A stretch of 64,000 bases of DNA. Source: Mobula hypostoma (Eukaryota). Under the pieces are notes generated by a model, which was not told the origin of the DNA, did no database searches, and saw only the letters and a list, made by a program, of their open reading frames with translations. Where the stretch lies: NCBI RefSeq assembly GCF_963921235.1, contig NC_086108.1, forward strand, positions 102,488,001 through 102,552,000, given 5' to 3'. This document shows positions 25,472-36,746 of the stretch, in pieces. Made by a program: the position numbers and the translations under genes. Each line of letters begins with the position of its first letter. The first letter of the stretch is position 1.

Positions 25472-26050
25472 GGTTGTTATAGCCAGGGGTGGTAATGGAG
25501 ACATGCTCCCACTATCTATCAGATGCTCCCAATGGCATATGCCTCAAATAGCCTCTAACAACCAAGTCCAGGTCCTGGCCTTCACGTGTGGCTTAGCTGC
25601 TAAGCCCAGCAGAACCGTTTCTACTGATAGGAGAAGGGGAAAAGACAGGTTACTAGTACCTTAAAACCAGTCACTTCGGGCAAATGGGCTCATCAGCTGT
25701 GATTGGCTGTTCATCTAGGAGAAGGAAAACTCTGATCTCAAACCTCCACTGCCTTCCAGCTATACCCACTCATAGGGAAGGCTTCAGGAGTAAACTCTGA
25801 GGGGAAAATCCAGAACTGGAGTCCCTAAGGCAGTCCTACATTGAGTTCAATGTTGACTGGCGACTCCTGCAATGCTGCTGGTACCAAACTGTGTCAGCCT
25901 TTGCCATTCCTTTGGGTCCATCAGATGCATGGAGAGGGGGAGCTTGCTACATGGGCAACAGCTAGCTCTCCATGTTGTACTGCCCTGGCTTGCGTATCTA
26001 GATAGCTAGGATACAACACCCATGGTCTACACTGATGGACGGAGGCCTCA
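25472..26050 (+). mobile_element. Non-coding, RTE-derived bipartite element (5' UTR plus 3' tail, no tRNA head)
   Basis: ggagaaggaaaactctga motif typical of RTE 5' UTRs; 3' half homologous to the CORE-like SINE; ends ccatggtc...gacggaggcct. Confidence 0.6.
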
Positions 26051-27607
26051 TACCTTGAGATTCAATTTTCTTGTAGGCATTTACAAGGAAAAAAAGAAAA
26101 TAAATAGAATTTTATAAAAACTGTACATAAATAGACAAAGTCTGACAAACACCAATGTGCAGAAAAAGGCAAACTGTGCAAGTAAAATAATACTGAGAAC
26201 ATGAGTCTTTAAACATGACTCTGTAGATCAGAGTAGTGGTGAATGAAGTTATTCATGCAGGTTCAAGAGCCTGATGGTTGTAACTGTTCCTGAACCTTGT
26301 AGTGTGGGACCTAAGGCTTCTCTCCCTCCTGACGATCATGGCCTGGATGGTGGGGTCTTTGATTGTGGGTGGGACTAGGTTTTCTAGTGTTTTTCTGTTC
26401 CTGTGCATTCTGTATCAGACCGTTATGCGTTCAGTGTGCATCCATGGAAGTTTGTCAAAGTTTTTGGTAACATACCAAGTCTACACAAATTTCTAAGAAA
26501 CTAGAAACCTGTTTCCATTCTCCATCCCACCTGAATCTCAGAATGGTTCTCTTCAGATGGAGAAGGTTAATGTGAGATTGAATTTTTTGGGTTTATATTC
26601 ACTGGAATTTGATAGAATGACCGGTATCTTATTTAATATCCGAAAGGGCCTTGATGGGAGATTTTCAGATGCTTTTACTAGTGGGAGAGTCAGGAATTAA
26701 AGGACACAGCTGCAAGATGAGGCTTTTCATTACTCACATATGTCATGAAAATTGTTTTTTTTTGCCACAGCAGTACTGTGCAAAAGTGTTAGGCACCTAG
26801 CTATATATATGTGCCTAAGGCAGTACTATATATGAAAGATGAAGGAAATGAGGATTACGGGGAACTGGTGCAGAGGTGGAGTTGAGGGCTGGTTTGACAT
26901 TCAAAGGTAGGGTTGGTTTGAGAGGCTGAGTGGCCTACTTCTGCTCCTATGTCCTTGAGTTCTTGTATTTTGCGATCAGAATCAGGTTTACTATGTCTTG
27001 AAGTGTGTTGCTTTGCGACAGCAAAACAGTACAATACATAAAAAATTACTATGTCACAATTTGAAAGGTAAAATCTAAATGAGTTGTGCAAAAAGAGAGC
27101 AGAAAGTGAGGTAGTATTCATGGGATCGTGGTTTGTTCAGAAATCTGATGGAGGGGAGGAAGCTGTCCTTAAAACATTGATTGTGAGTCTTCAAGCCTCT
27201 TCTTTGATGGTAGTAAAGACAAGAGGGAATGTCCTGGGTAGTGAGAGGCCTTAATGATGGATGCCGCCTTCTTGAGGTACCACCTATTGAAGATGTTCTC
27301 GATGGTGGGGAGGCTGGTGCCCATGATGAAGCAAAACACTGTTTGCACCGAGAGGACAATGAGATGTGCTGACATAGTTGTTCATTTTCTAGATCAATAT
27401 TCAGAGGCCTGGGCTTAATCAATGGGAATATTTTTGAATTCCAACACAGTGGCTGAGTAAATTAAATTCAAGTAATGTAATAAAATTTGGAATTAAAATT
27501 CTAGGCTCAGTAAGGGTGGCCTTGAAACTATTGGGCTTTCTGGTACACTAAATCCACAAAGCAGATTTAAGGGGATGTTGTCTAGACACAGAGAGCTGAG
27601 TTATAGA

Positions 27608-27746
27608 CAGGGGTTGGGCAAACTGTTAGATTAGTTTAATATTGCCACAGAGTACAGTGTGCATGAGACCTTTTACGGCAAGGATTCCCAGCTTTGGGTC
27701 TGCTTACCTCTTGATTAATGGTATGGGTCCATGACATAGAGCCCTA
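27608..27746. mobile_element. Composite hAT MITE
   Basis: Perfect 8-bp TSD gttataga (27600-27607 / 27747-27754); starts caggggttgggcaaact; contains an inverted degenerate copy of the small MITE. Confidence 0.7.
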
Positions 27747-27796
27747 GTTATAGAGGAGCATAAAATCATCAGGGGCACAGATAGGGCGTATGCACT

Positions 27797-28120
27797 CACA
27801 ACACGCTGGAGGAAATCAGCAGGTCGGGCAGCATCCGTGGAAAAGAGAGGTCGACGTTTCGGGCCGGAATCCTTCGTCAGGACTGTAGAGGGAAGGGGCA
27901 GAGGCCCTATAAAGAAGGTGGGGGGAGGGTGGGAAGGAGAAGGCTGGTAGGTTCCAGGTGAAAAACCAGTAAGAGGAAAGATATAGGGGTGGGGGAAGGG
28001 AGGCAGGGAGGTGATGGGCAGGAAAGGTGAAGAAAGAATAGGGGAAAATACAATGGGTAGTGGAAGGAGACGGAACCATGAGGGAGGTGATAGGCAGCTG
28101 GGGGAGGGGGCAGAGTGATA
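27797..28120 (-). mobile_element. Penelope-like family A pLTR, best preserved copy
   Basis: CpG-retaining copy with complete hammerhead core. Confidence 0.8.
27848..27885 (-). ncRNA. Minimal type I hammerhead ribozyme motif
   Basis: Minus strand cagUC-CUGACGA-A-GGAUUCCGGCCC-GAAACGUC^GACcu: both conserved boxes, helix II with one mismatch, palindromic ACGU helix III, short helix I. Confidence 0.75.
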
Positions 28121-29769
28121 TACGCCCTCCCTTCCCCTATCCCTATGTCACTCCCTCATATTCTCCCTCAAGGGATATGGGAAAAGGCAGGAGATTAGGC
28201 TGAAAGGGAAAATGCAGCAGCCGTGATGAAATGGCAGAGCAGATTTGATGCACTAAAAGGCCCAATTCTGCTCCTATATCTTGTGGTCTTATGATCTGGC
28301 TCTGGACTTAGTTCCACCTGCCTACCTTGACCCATAACCCTTAATTACCATGCTATGCAAAAATCTACCTAACTGTGTCTTAAATATATTTAATGAAGGA
28401 GCCTCCACTGCTTCCCTGGGTGGAGAATTCCACAGATTCACTACTCTCTGGAATAAGCAGTTTCACCTCATTTCAGTTCTAAATCAAATCCGCCAAATCT
28501 TGAGGCTCTATCTCCTAGTTCTAGTTTTGTGAAGCCATGTGCCCTAGTTGTAATGCAGTAAGAAAAATATTTTGAAAGAAAGATTTAGAAGGGAAAGAAA
28601 GATTTAAAAGGAATTTGGGTGGGGGGGGATCTTATTCATACAGAGAGGGTGTGTATATTGAATGAGCTGCCAAAGGAAGTAGTTGAGGCAGGCACATTAA
28701 AAAAATATAAAAGATATTTTTACAGGTAGATGGATCGGAAAGATTTAGAGGGATGTGGACCAAGTTCAGGGAAATGGGACCAACTTCGATGGGCATCTAG
28801 GTAAGCATGGACAAGTTGGGCTGAAGGGCCTGTTTCTATTCTATGTTACTCTAAGATACTATGACTCTGTTGATGAACATCAGGGAGAGGAATCTGCTGT
28901 CGATCCCTTACCTAGTCTATGATTTCACATTCACCACTCTGGTCATCCCTTGACTAACCCTTGAGGTGTCAACTCAGTTCACGGGGAATTTTGCCTGTAG
29001 TGTAAATGTTGGGCTTGCCAATGATGCCCACACCTTGTGAATAAAGAACACACAGAATTCAAGGTTATTGTCAGCAGAGTTTGGGAGGAATAAGCAAGAA
29101 GTTTTTTATTCACCAGGTTGTGGCCTGGAATACATTATCTGAAAGGATAGTGGAAGTGATTTCAATTGTAACACTCAGTGTAGTACTGAATGAAGAGGAA
29201 GTATTTCCTCTTCCAATTCTTTGCAAGTCCAGTTCATTACTTTTTTGGTGGACAGTGGGGGAGCAGCGTAGCCTCCATCGTAGCAAGGACTAGGCCTCGA
29301 GCCATACAATCTTGTATGTGCTTTGTGCTGTGTGACTGTTGGTGCTGTATTTTGCACCTTGGCCCTGGAGTAATGGTGTCTCGTTTCGCTGTATCCGTGG
29401 GTATTCATGTATGGTTGAATGTCAATTAAATTTGAGTTGAATTGAATTGAATTGAATTGAATTTGCCGGGTATAAAGAAAGAGCAAGGACATGGTACCAA
29501 TTGGGTCAGTCCGACACTGAGCCAGCATGAGGAGACAGGGCTGAATGTCCTCCTCCTACTTGGTGCAGTCCTGTAATAGTAGAATAGAGGGTGAGTTGAA
29601 GAAAGAGAGATTAGCTTCATTTGTTACATGTACATCAAAGCAGTGAAATGCATTGTTTGCATCAAATCAAGTCGGCAAGGATTATGCTAGGGGCAGCCCG
29701 CAATTATAGCCGTACTTCCAGCATAACTCACTGACTCCATCCCAAGTGTCTTTTGAAATGGGGGTTGAA

Positions 29770-31427
29770 CGCCATCTATAAATTTACTGAAGGCACAACT
29801 AACGTTAGCGGAATTTCAGATGGTGACATGAGGGCATATAAGAGCGAGATATATCAGGTAGTTTAGAGGTGTCACAGCAATAACCTTGCACTCAATGTCA
29901 GAATGACCAAAGAACTGATTGTGGACTTCAGAAACAGAGAGAACGCACACCAGTCTTCATGGAGTGATCAGAAGTGGAAAGAGTGAATAATTTCAAGTTC
30001 TTGGAGTGTCAATATTTCGAAGCAGTGAGGAAGATTGAATTGTCGGGGTGTATATGGAGGGGGTCAGCGATTGCTCCCAACAGAGGCAATCAGGGTGACG
30101 ACCGTTGGTGGCACTTGGAATCAGCATGGCGGTCACTCTTCACGGAAGGGATGAGTTCATTTGGCCACTCTCCTCAGATGCTGACAGAAAGATGTTTTTG
30201 ATGTTCTGAGATTTATGTGATTATTGGACTCTACTTTATACTGGTCTCCTTCAGGTTTTCGGCATTTTCTTTCTTGTAGCTGATTGGCGGATGGGTGATC
30301 TGTTAGTTTTTTGTGTGTGGGGGGTGGAGTTGGGAGTTTTGATGTTACTGTCGCTGTTCTTTTCTGTGAACGAGGGGGTCGGGGATTGTTATTGTCACTC
30401 TTTTTCTGCATGTGACGAGGTCGGGGATTATTATTGTTGTTTTTTCTGTGGGGGAGGAGTTGACGATTTGTTTGCTATTGTTGCTGGGTTTTTTTTCCTC
30501 TGGGGAGGCTTTGGATTTGTTGCTATTGTCACTTTTTTCGGTGGGGGAGGGAGTGGGGGATTTTGGGGTTTGCGAGTTTTGTTTCTTTTTTGTTTATTGT
30601 GCCGGGGCGGGGGAAGTTGACATCTTCTTTCAACAACACCCATGGTCTTTCTGTATTTCGTGACTATCTGGAGAGGACAAATATCAGAGTTCTATTGTAC
30701 ATGTATACCTTGACAATAAAATGAACCTTTGAAACTTTTGATTTATCCTGGGCCCAATATATCAATGTAGCTACAAAGAAGACATGATAGCAGCTATATT
30801 TCATTTGGGATGTCACTAAAGGTACTTGCTAATTTCTACAGATGTACCGTAGAGAGCATTCTAACTGGCCACATCACTGTCTGGTTTGGGAGGGCTACTA
30901 CACAGGATAGAAATAAGCTGCAGAGACTTGTAAACTTAGTCAGCTCCATCATGGGCACTAGCCTCTGTAGTATCCACATGTTGAAGGAGTGATGCTTCAA
31001 AAAAGGTGGCATCCATCATTAAGGACCCCATCATCCAGGACATGCCCTGTTCTCACTGCTACCTTCAGGAAGAAGGTACAGAAGCCTGAAGACACACATT
31101 CAATGATTCAGGAACAGCATCTTCCCCTCTGCCATCTATTCTGAATAGAAATGGAACCCATGAACACTACCTCACTATATTTTTATTTTTCCACTACATT
31201 TAATTTAACTATTAGTTGAATTAAATTTGTAGTATAAAAATAAAAAGTAGTGAGGTAGTGTTCATGGGATCAATGTAATTACTTACAGTAATTAACTTAA
31301 TGTAATTACTTACCATAATTAACATATTTCTCTATTACATATTTCAATGTACTACTGCCCAAAGACAACGAATTTCTCGATGTATGCCAGTAATATTAAA
31401 CCTGGTTCTGATTCTGATTCAGATTCT
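29770..31427 (+). mobile_element. Rex1/Babar LINE 3' part, interrupted at ~30022-30735 by a non-coding element with a Rex-like tail
   Basis: ERVNNFKFLE; LANFYRCTVESILTGHITVW; (attctg)n tail at ~31405-31427. Confidence 0.8.
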
Positions 31428-32217
31428 AAAACTGGAGCACCCGGAAGAAACCCACATGGTCACATGGAGGAAGTACAAACTCTTTACAGACAACGGCAGG
31501 AATTAAGCCCCAGTCTTACAGCTGGCACTAAGCTCTATGCTACAGCGCTGCCCTCAAGCTCTGAAGCTGGGGAAATGAAAGTTTTTCTTCTGCTTCCAGT
31601 TCTGCAAGTGATACGCTGTTAGGTAGACCACACATCAGACACAGGATCAGTCTTTTTCCATCCTGCCTGGCAGCATGCATTAACCTCAGCAAGACACTGA
31701 CCACTTCAATCTAAATCCTGTCTTCCTTTGTCTTGACAGGCTCGCCCTGGGAGACTGACCAATTAGCACTAATTGATGCTAAATTGTAGGATACTTCCTT
31801 CTGCAGGCTGACATCCATTAGGATCTGTCTGAACTCATTCTGCACGTAGAGCTCCGGACAGTTGTCTGGGAGCTGACAAGAATGGCCTATTAGCCAGCCT
31901 TGTCCAAAGATGACTGCTGATTTTTTATAGCTGATTATACCTCCTCTTGTACTTTCTCCTCATTACGTCCGGTGTCAGTGGTGGATGGAGGTGCACGAGG
32001 ACCTATAGGACCAAACTGGAAATGATTTTGCATGCAAAGAGTTTTAATATTCAAGACTGCACCTTCCAGATTTACATGTAATTAACAACTGATCTTGAAT
32101 CAGAATTATCTTTATTATCACTGACTTATATATCATGATTTCTTTTGCAGCAACTGTACAGCTCAAAGACATAACAATTCTATAAATTACAAAAAAAAGT
32201 GAATAGTGCAACTAAAT

Positions 32218-32520
32218 AGGCAACACAGCAACAAAGTGATTAGTGTATCGCTATACTGCACCAGCGATCACCACAAGGGTTTTGATTCCCTCTGCTCTCT
32301 TTAAGGAGTTTGTTTGTTCTCCCCATGACTGCTTGGGTTTCCTCCAGGTGCTCTGGTTTCCTCCCCCAGTCCAAAGGCATTCAGGTTAGAGTCAGTGAGT
32401 TGCGAGCATGCTATGTTGGTGCCGGAAGCATAGTGACACTTGTGGGCTACCCCCCAGCATAAGCCCTGCTGATTTGATTTGATGCAGACAATGCATTTGA
32501 CCATACGTTTCGACATACAT
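32218..32520 (+). mobile_element. HE1-type V-SINE
   Basis: V-domain gggtttcctccaggtgctctggtttcctccc. Confidence 0.7.
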
Positions 32521-32890
32521 CATCGTCATCGTCATCATTTTGTGCTGTGTTGTTTGATATAGGGGATCATGGTCCCATGACCGTGATTGTTCTTGGAAAT
32601 TTTTTCAACAGAAGTGATTTGCCATTGCTTTCTTCTAGGCTGTAATTTTAAAGGTGGCTGACTCCATCCATGATCAAACCTCTTCAGAGAGTGTCTGCCT
32701 GGCATAACCAGGACTTGTGATATGCACCAGCTGCTCACAAGAGCATCCACCGCCTGCTCCCATGGCTTCATGCAACCCTGAGGGGGGCTAAGCAGGTGCT
32801 ACGCATTGCCCAAGGGTGACTTGCAGGCTAGTGGAGGGAAGGAGCACCTTACACCCCCTTTGGTAGAGACATATCTCCACCATGCCACCC
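32521..32890 (-). mobile_element. RTE/BovB-tailed short non-autonomous element (copy 1; copy 2 at ~62025-62575)
   Basis: Minus strand aagaaagcaatggcaaatcact (Bov-A-like gaaggcaatggcaa motif) and (gat/gac)n tail. Confidence 0.65.
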
Positions 32891-32984
32891 AATGTCAGAT
32901 GTGCTTCAGGGGAATGGAACTAATTTTGCTGTTTAAAAAAACCATGGACCGTTGAGAAATTTGTTGTGAAGAAGATGTTTCTAA

Positions 32985-33640
32985 ATCACTGAGTGTGGGT
33001 CTTCAGGCTCCTGTACCTCTTTCCTGATAGTAGAAATGGGAAGAGGGCATGTCCTGGATGGTGATGGTCCTTGGTGATGGATGGCGCCTCTTGAGGAACC
33101 ACCTCTTGAGGATGTCCTCGATAGTGAGGAAGGTTGTGCCCATGATGAAGCTGGCTGAGTGTACAACCCTCTGCTGCCTCTTGCAATCCTGAGTATTGGT
33201 GCCTCTGTGCCAGACTGTAATGCAACCAATCATAATGCTCTCCAAGGTACATCTGTAGAAATTTGCTAGAGTTTCTGGTGACATCAAATCTCCTCAAAAT
33301 CCTTGATTGCATCAGTGTGTTGAGCCCTGTATAGCTCATTGGAGATGTTGAAACTGTTGAACTTAAAGCTGGTCTCCATTTCCACCACTGACCCCTCAGT
33401 GAAGGTTGGTGTATCTTCTCCCACCTTCCTGTAGTCCACAATCCATTCCTTGGTCTTGCTGATGTTGAATGCAAGATTGTTGTGGCATCACCAGTCAATC
33501 AGCTGATCTATCTCAATCCTGTACACTTCCACACACATCTATATATATTTTCTTAAGTCTTTGGTGACATACCAAATCTCCTCAAACTCCAAACAAAATA
33601 GAGCCACTGGTGTGCCTTCTAAGTGATTGCATCAAATTGC
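32985..33640 (-). mobile_element. Rex1/Babar LINE 3' fragment(s)
   Basis: LANFYRCTLESIMIGCITVW; ITKDHHHPGHALF. Confidence 0.85.
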
Positions 33641-34341
33641 ATGTGAGAGTTCAGCAAAAAAAAAGTTCTGCTTTTGTTATTGATTTCCTACTGCAGTTAA
33701 AGAATTTGGCTTTGATTTTTCATTAAAATTTTATGTTGTGATAGTCATTTAACTCCTCAGAGCATAATTTTCCCTTCAGTTTCATTGGGTTAATTGTATG
33801 AGTTCTTGACATGTAAGTGCTGTACTGTCAGGAGCATGCAAAAGCAACCAATGAGGTTGTTGCTTCTACTATAACGACGATTGATTTTTACTCCATAATC
33901 TCATGTTGTTCCTTTGCCAGTACTTCGCTAATCAATAGTTTCCAAGCATCAGAGATCAACCAATTGGTAAACTTGTAGCCTTTATCTTCATTCTATAATA
34001 GGGTTGTAAGCAACTGCGCTTTTCCCATGAAGGCCTGTTACTAACCAAACACAGTTACGAGTCCTTTACCTGGTGAACTGAATCCAGTGACAGTCTCGTG
34101 ACAGCTTGTATTGGACCTAATGACAGTCAGGAACTCCAAGAGGTTGTGCTGGAGGAGCCTCCACCCTTCAGCTTGCCCGTCAGGTTAAGGTTCTTGGACT
34201 CTGTGAGGATAGGTGTGAGGGTTTTAGGAAGGATAAACAACTGAATGGGACCCTGGTTCAGGGAGCCATTCTAGAAAGGTTAGAGAAGAGAAGAGTAGTC
34301 GTAATTGGGGAATAGTTTAGTCAGGAGAATAGACATAATTC

Positions 34342-36746
34342 CAGACCATAATGCATGAAGTTTGCCACACAGCCAAGCAGCGATGAGATTTACTCCCCAC
34401 ATCACAGCTGAAGTGATGCCCAATCAGCTGATAGAAAAGTATATACAAGCCAAACATTCAGAGGACACATCTCAATCAACAGCGCATTGACGATGTCTCC
34501 TCGCATCGTGTTCAGAATCAGAATCAGGTTTATTATCACCGGCATGTGATGTGAAATTTGTTAACTTAGCAACAGCAGTCCAATGCAATACATAATCTAG
34601 CAGAGAGAGAAAAAAAAATAATAAATAAGCAAGTAAATAAATTACATATATTGAATAGAATTTTTTAAAAAACATACAAAAACAGAAATACTGTATATTT
34701 AAAAAAAAGTGAGGTAGTGTCCAAAGATTCAATGTCCATTTAGGAATCGGATGGCAGAGGGGAGGAAGCTGTTCCTGAATCACTGAGTGTGTGCCTTCAG
34801 GCTTCTGTACCTCCTACCTGATGGTAACAGTGAGAAAAGGGCATGCCCTGGGTGCTAGAGATCCGTAATAATGGATGCTGCCTTTCTGAGACACCACTCC
34901 CTGAAGATGTCCTGGGTACTTTGTAGGCTAGTACCCAAGATTTACAACCTTCTAGGTTTGTAGGCTAGTACCAGAGTTACAACCTACAGTTTCTTTCAGT
35001 CCCGTGCGGTAGCGGCACCCGCCCCCCCCAACCCCCCACCATACCAGACAGTGATGCAGCCTGTCAGAATGCTCTGCGTGGTACATCTATAGAAGTTTTT
35101 GAGTGTACTTGTTGACATGCCAAGTCTCTTCAAACTCCTAATGAAGTATAGCCGCTGTCTTGCCTTCTTTATAGCTACATTAATATGTTGGGACCAGGTT
35201 AGATCCTCAGAGATCTTGACACCCAGGAACTTGAAGCTGCTCACTCTCTCCACTTCTGATCCCTCTATAAGGATTGGCATCTGTTCTTTCATCTTACTCT
35301 CCCTGAAGTCCACAATCAGCTCTTTCGTCTTACTGATGTTGAGTGCCAGGTTGTTGCTGCGACACCATTCCACTAGCTGGCATATCTCACTCCTGTGCGC
35401 CCTCTCGTCACCACCTGAGATTCCACCAACAATGATTGTATTGTCAGCAAATTTATAGATGGTATTTGAGCTATGCCTAGCCACACAGTCATGTGTATAT
35501 AGAGAGTAGAGCAGTGGGCTAAGCACATACCCCTGAGGTGCACCAGTGTTGATCGTCAGCGAGGAGGATATGTTATCACCAATCTGCACAGATTGTGGTC
35601 TTCCGGTTAGGAAGTTGAGGATTCAATTGCATAGGGAGGTACAGAGGCCCAGGTTCTGCGTCTTCTCAATCAGGATTGTGGGAATGATGGTATTAAATGC
35701 TGAGCTATAGTCAATGAACAGCATCCAGACGTAGGTGTTCCAGGTGGTCTAAAGCCATGTGGAGAGCCATTGAGATTGCGTCTGCCATTGACCTATTGTG
35801 GCTATAGGCAAATTGCAATGGGTTGAGGTCTTTGCTGAGGCAGGAGTTCAGTCTAGTCATGACCAACCTCTCAAAGCATTTCACCACTGTAGATGTGAGT
35901 GCTACTGGGTGATAGTCATTAAGGCAACCCACGTTATTCTTCTTAGGCACTGATATAATTGTTGCCTTTTTGAAACAAGTGGGAACTTCCGCCTGTAGCA
36001 GTGAGAGGTTGAAAATGTCCTTGAATACTCCTGGTGTTTGGTTGGCACAGGTTTTCAGATCCTTACCAGGTACTCCATTGGGATCTTCCGCCTTGTGAGA
36101 GTTCACTCTTTTTAAAGACAGCCTATCATCGGCCTCTGAGACGGAAATCACAGGGTCATCAGGTGCAGCAAGGATCTTCACAGCTGTAGTTGCATTCTGT
36201 CTTTCAAAGCATGCATAGAAGGCGTTGAGTTCGTCTGGTAATGAAGCATTGCTGCCATTCATGCTATTGGGTTTTGCTTTGTAGGAAGTAGTGTCTTACA
36301 GACCCTGCCAGAGTTGCCATGCATCCGATGTCGCCTCCAACCTTGTTCGAAATTGTCTTTTCGCCCTTGAAATAGCCCTCCACAAATCATACCTGGTTTT
36401 CTGGTACAGGCCTGGGTCACCAGACTTGAATGCCATAGATCTAGCCTTCAGCAGACGACCTACCTCCTGGTTCATCCACGGATTTTGGTTTGGGAATGTA
36501 CAGTAAGATTTTGTAGGCACACACTCATCCACGCAGGTTTTAAAGAAGTTGGTAACAACTGCAGCTTACTCGTCCAGATTCAAAGATGAATCCTTGAATA
36601 CAGTCCAGTCCAGCGATTCAAAGCAGTCCTGTAGACGCTTCTGTGCTTACCATATGTTGAAACATTTGCAAGTAAGTTGTCAAGATCGGAGGACAGCTTA
36701 ACCCAATCATCAAGCACCCAAGTTATATATCTTCTGAATTATCTCC
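34342..36746 (+). mobile_element. Second Penelope-like pLTR (family B), ~270 bp, split by Rex insertion
   Basis: 16-bp TSD agaatagacataattc / agaataaacacaattc (34326-34341 / 36747-36762); the rejoined sequence gives gca-TTGACGA-tgtctcc...tgtt-GAAACATT-tgc, a hammerhead remnant. Confidence 0.6.
34513..36650 (-). mobile_element. Rex1/Babar LINE, 5' truncated, ~2.1 kb, RT pseudogene
   Basis: PWMNQEV; DELNAFYACFE; LNDYHPVALTS; TGAPQGYVLSPLLYSLYT; KFADNT; aataaacc(tgattc)n tail. Confidence 0.92.

Noticed and set aside
25570..25620. HDV/CPEB3-like ribozyme suggested by GCC-TTCACGTGT-GGC
   Set aside because: No convincing P1, P2 or J4/2 could be built; ggcttagc-t-gctaagcc forms a simple hairpin instead. 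An RNArobo search on the family consensus would settle it.
30290..30663. Hydrophobic/Gly-rich and Pro/Lys-rich ORFs
   Set aside because: Low-complexity G/T-rich internal repeats of a non-coding element inserted in a Rex copy.
32790..32890. HDV-like ribozyme at the 5' end of the RTE-tailed element (GGGTGGC/GTCACCC pairing on the minus strand)
   Set aside because: No P3-L3 module precedes the 3' strand, and the pairing is degraded in copy 2.
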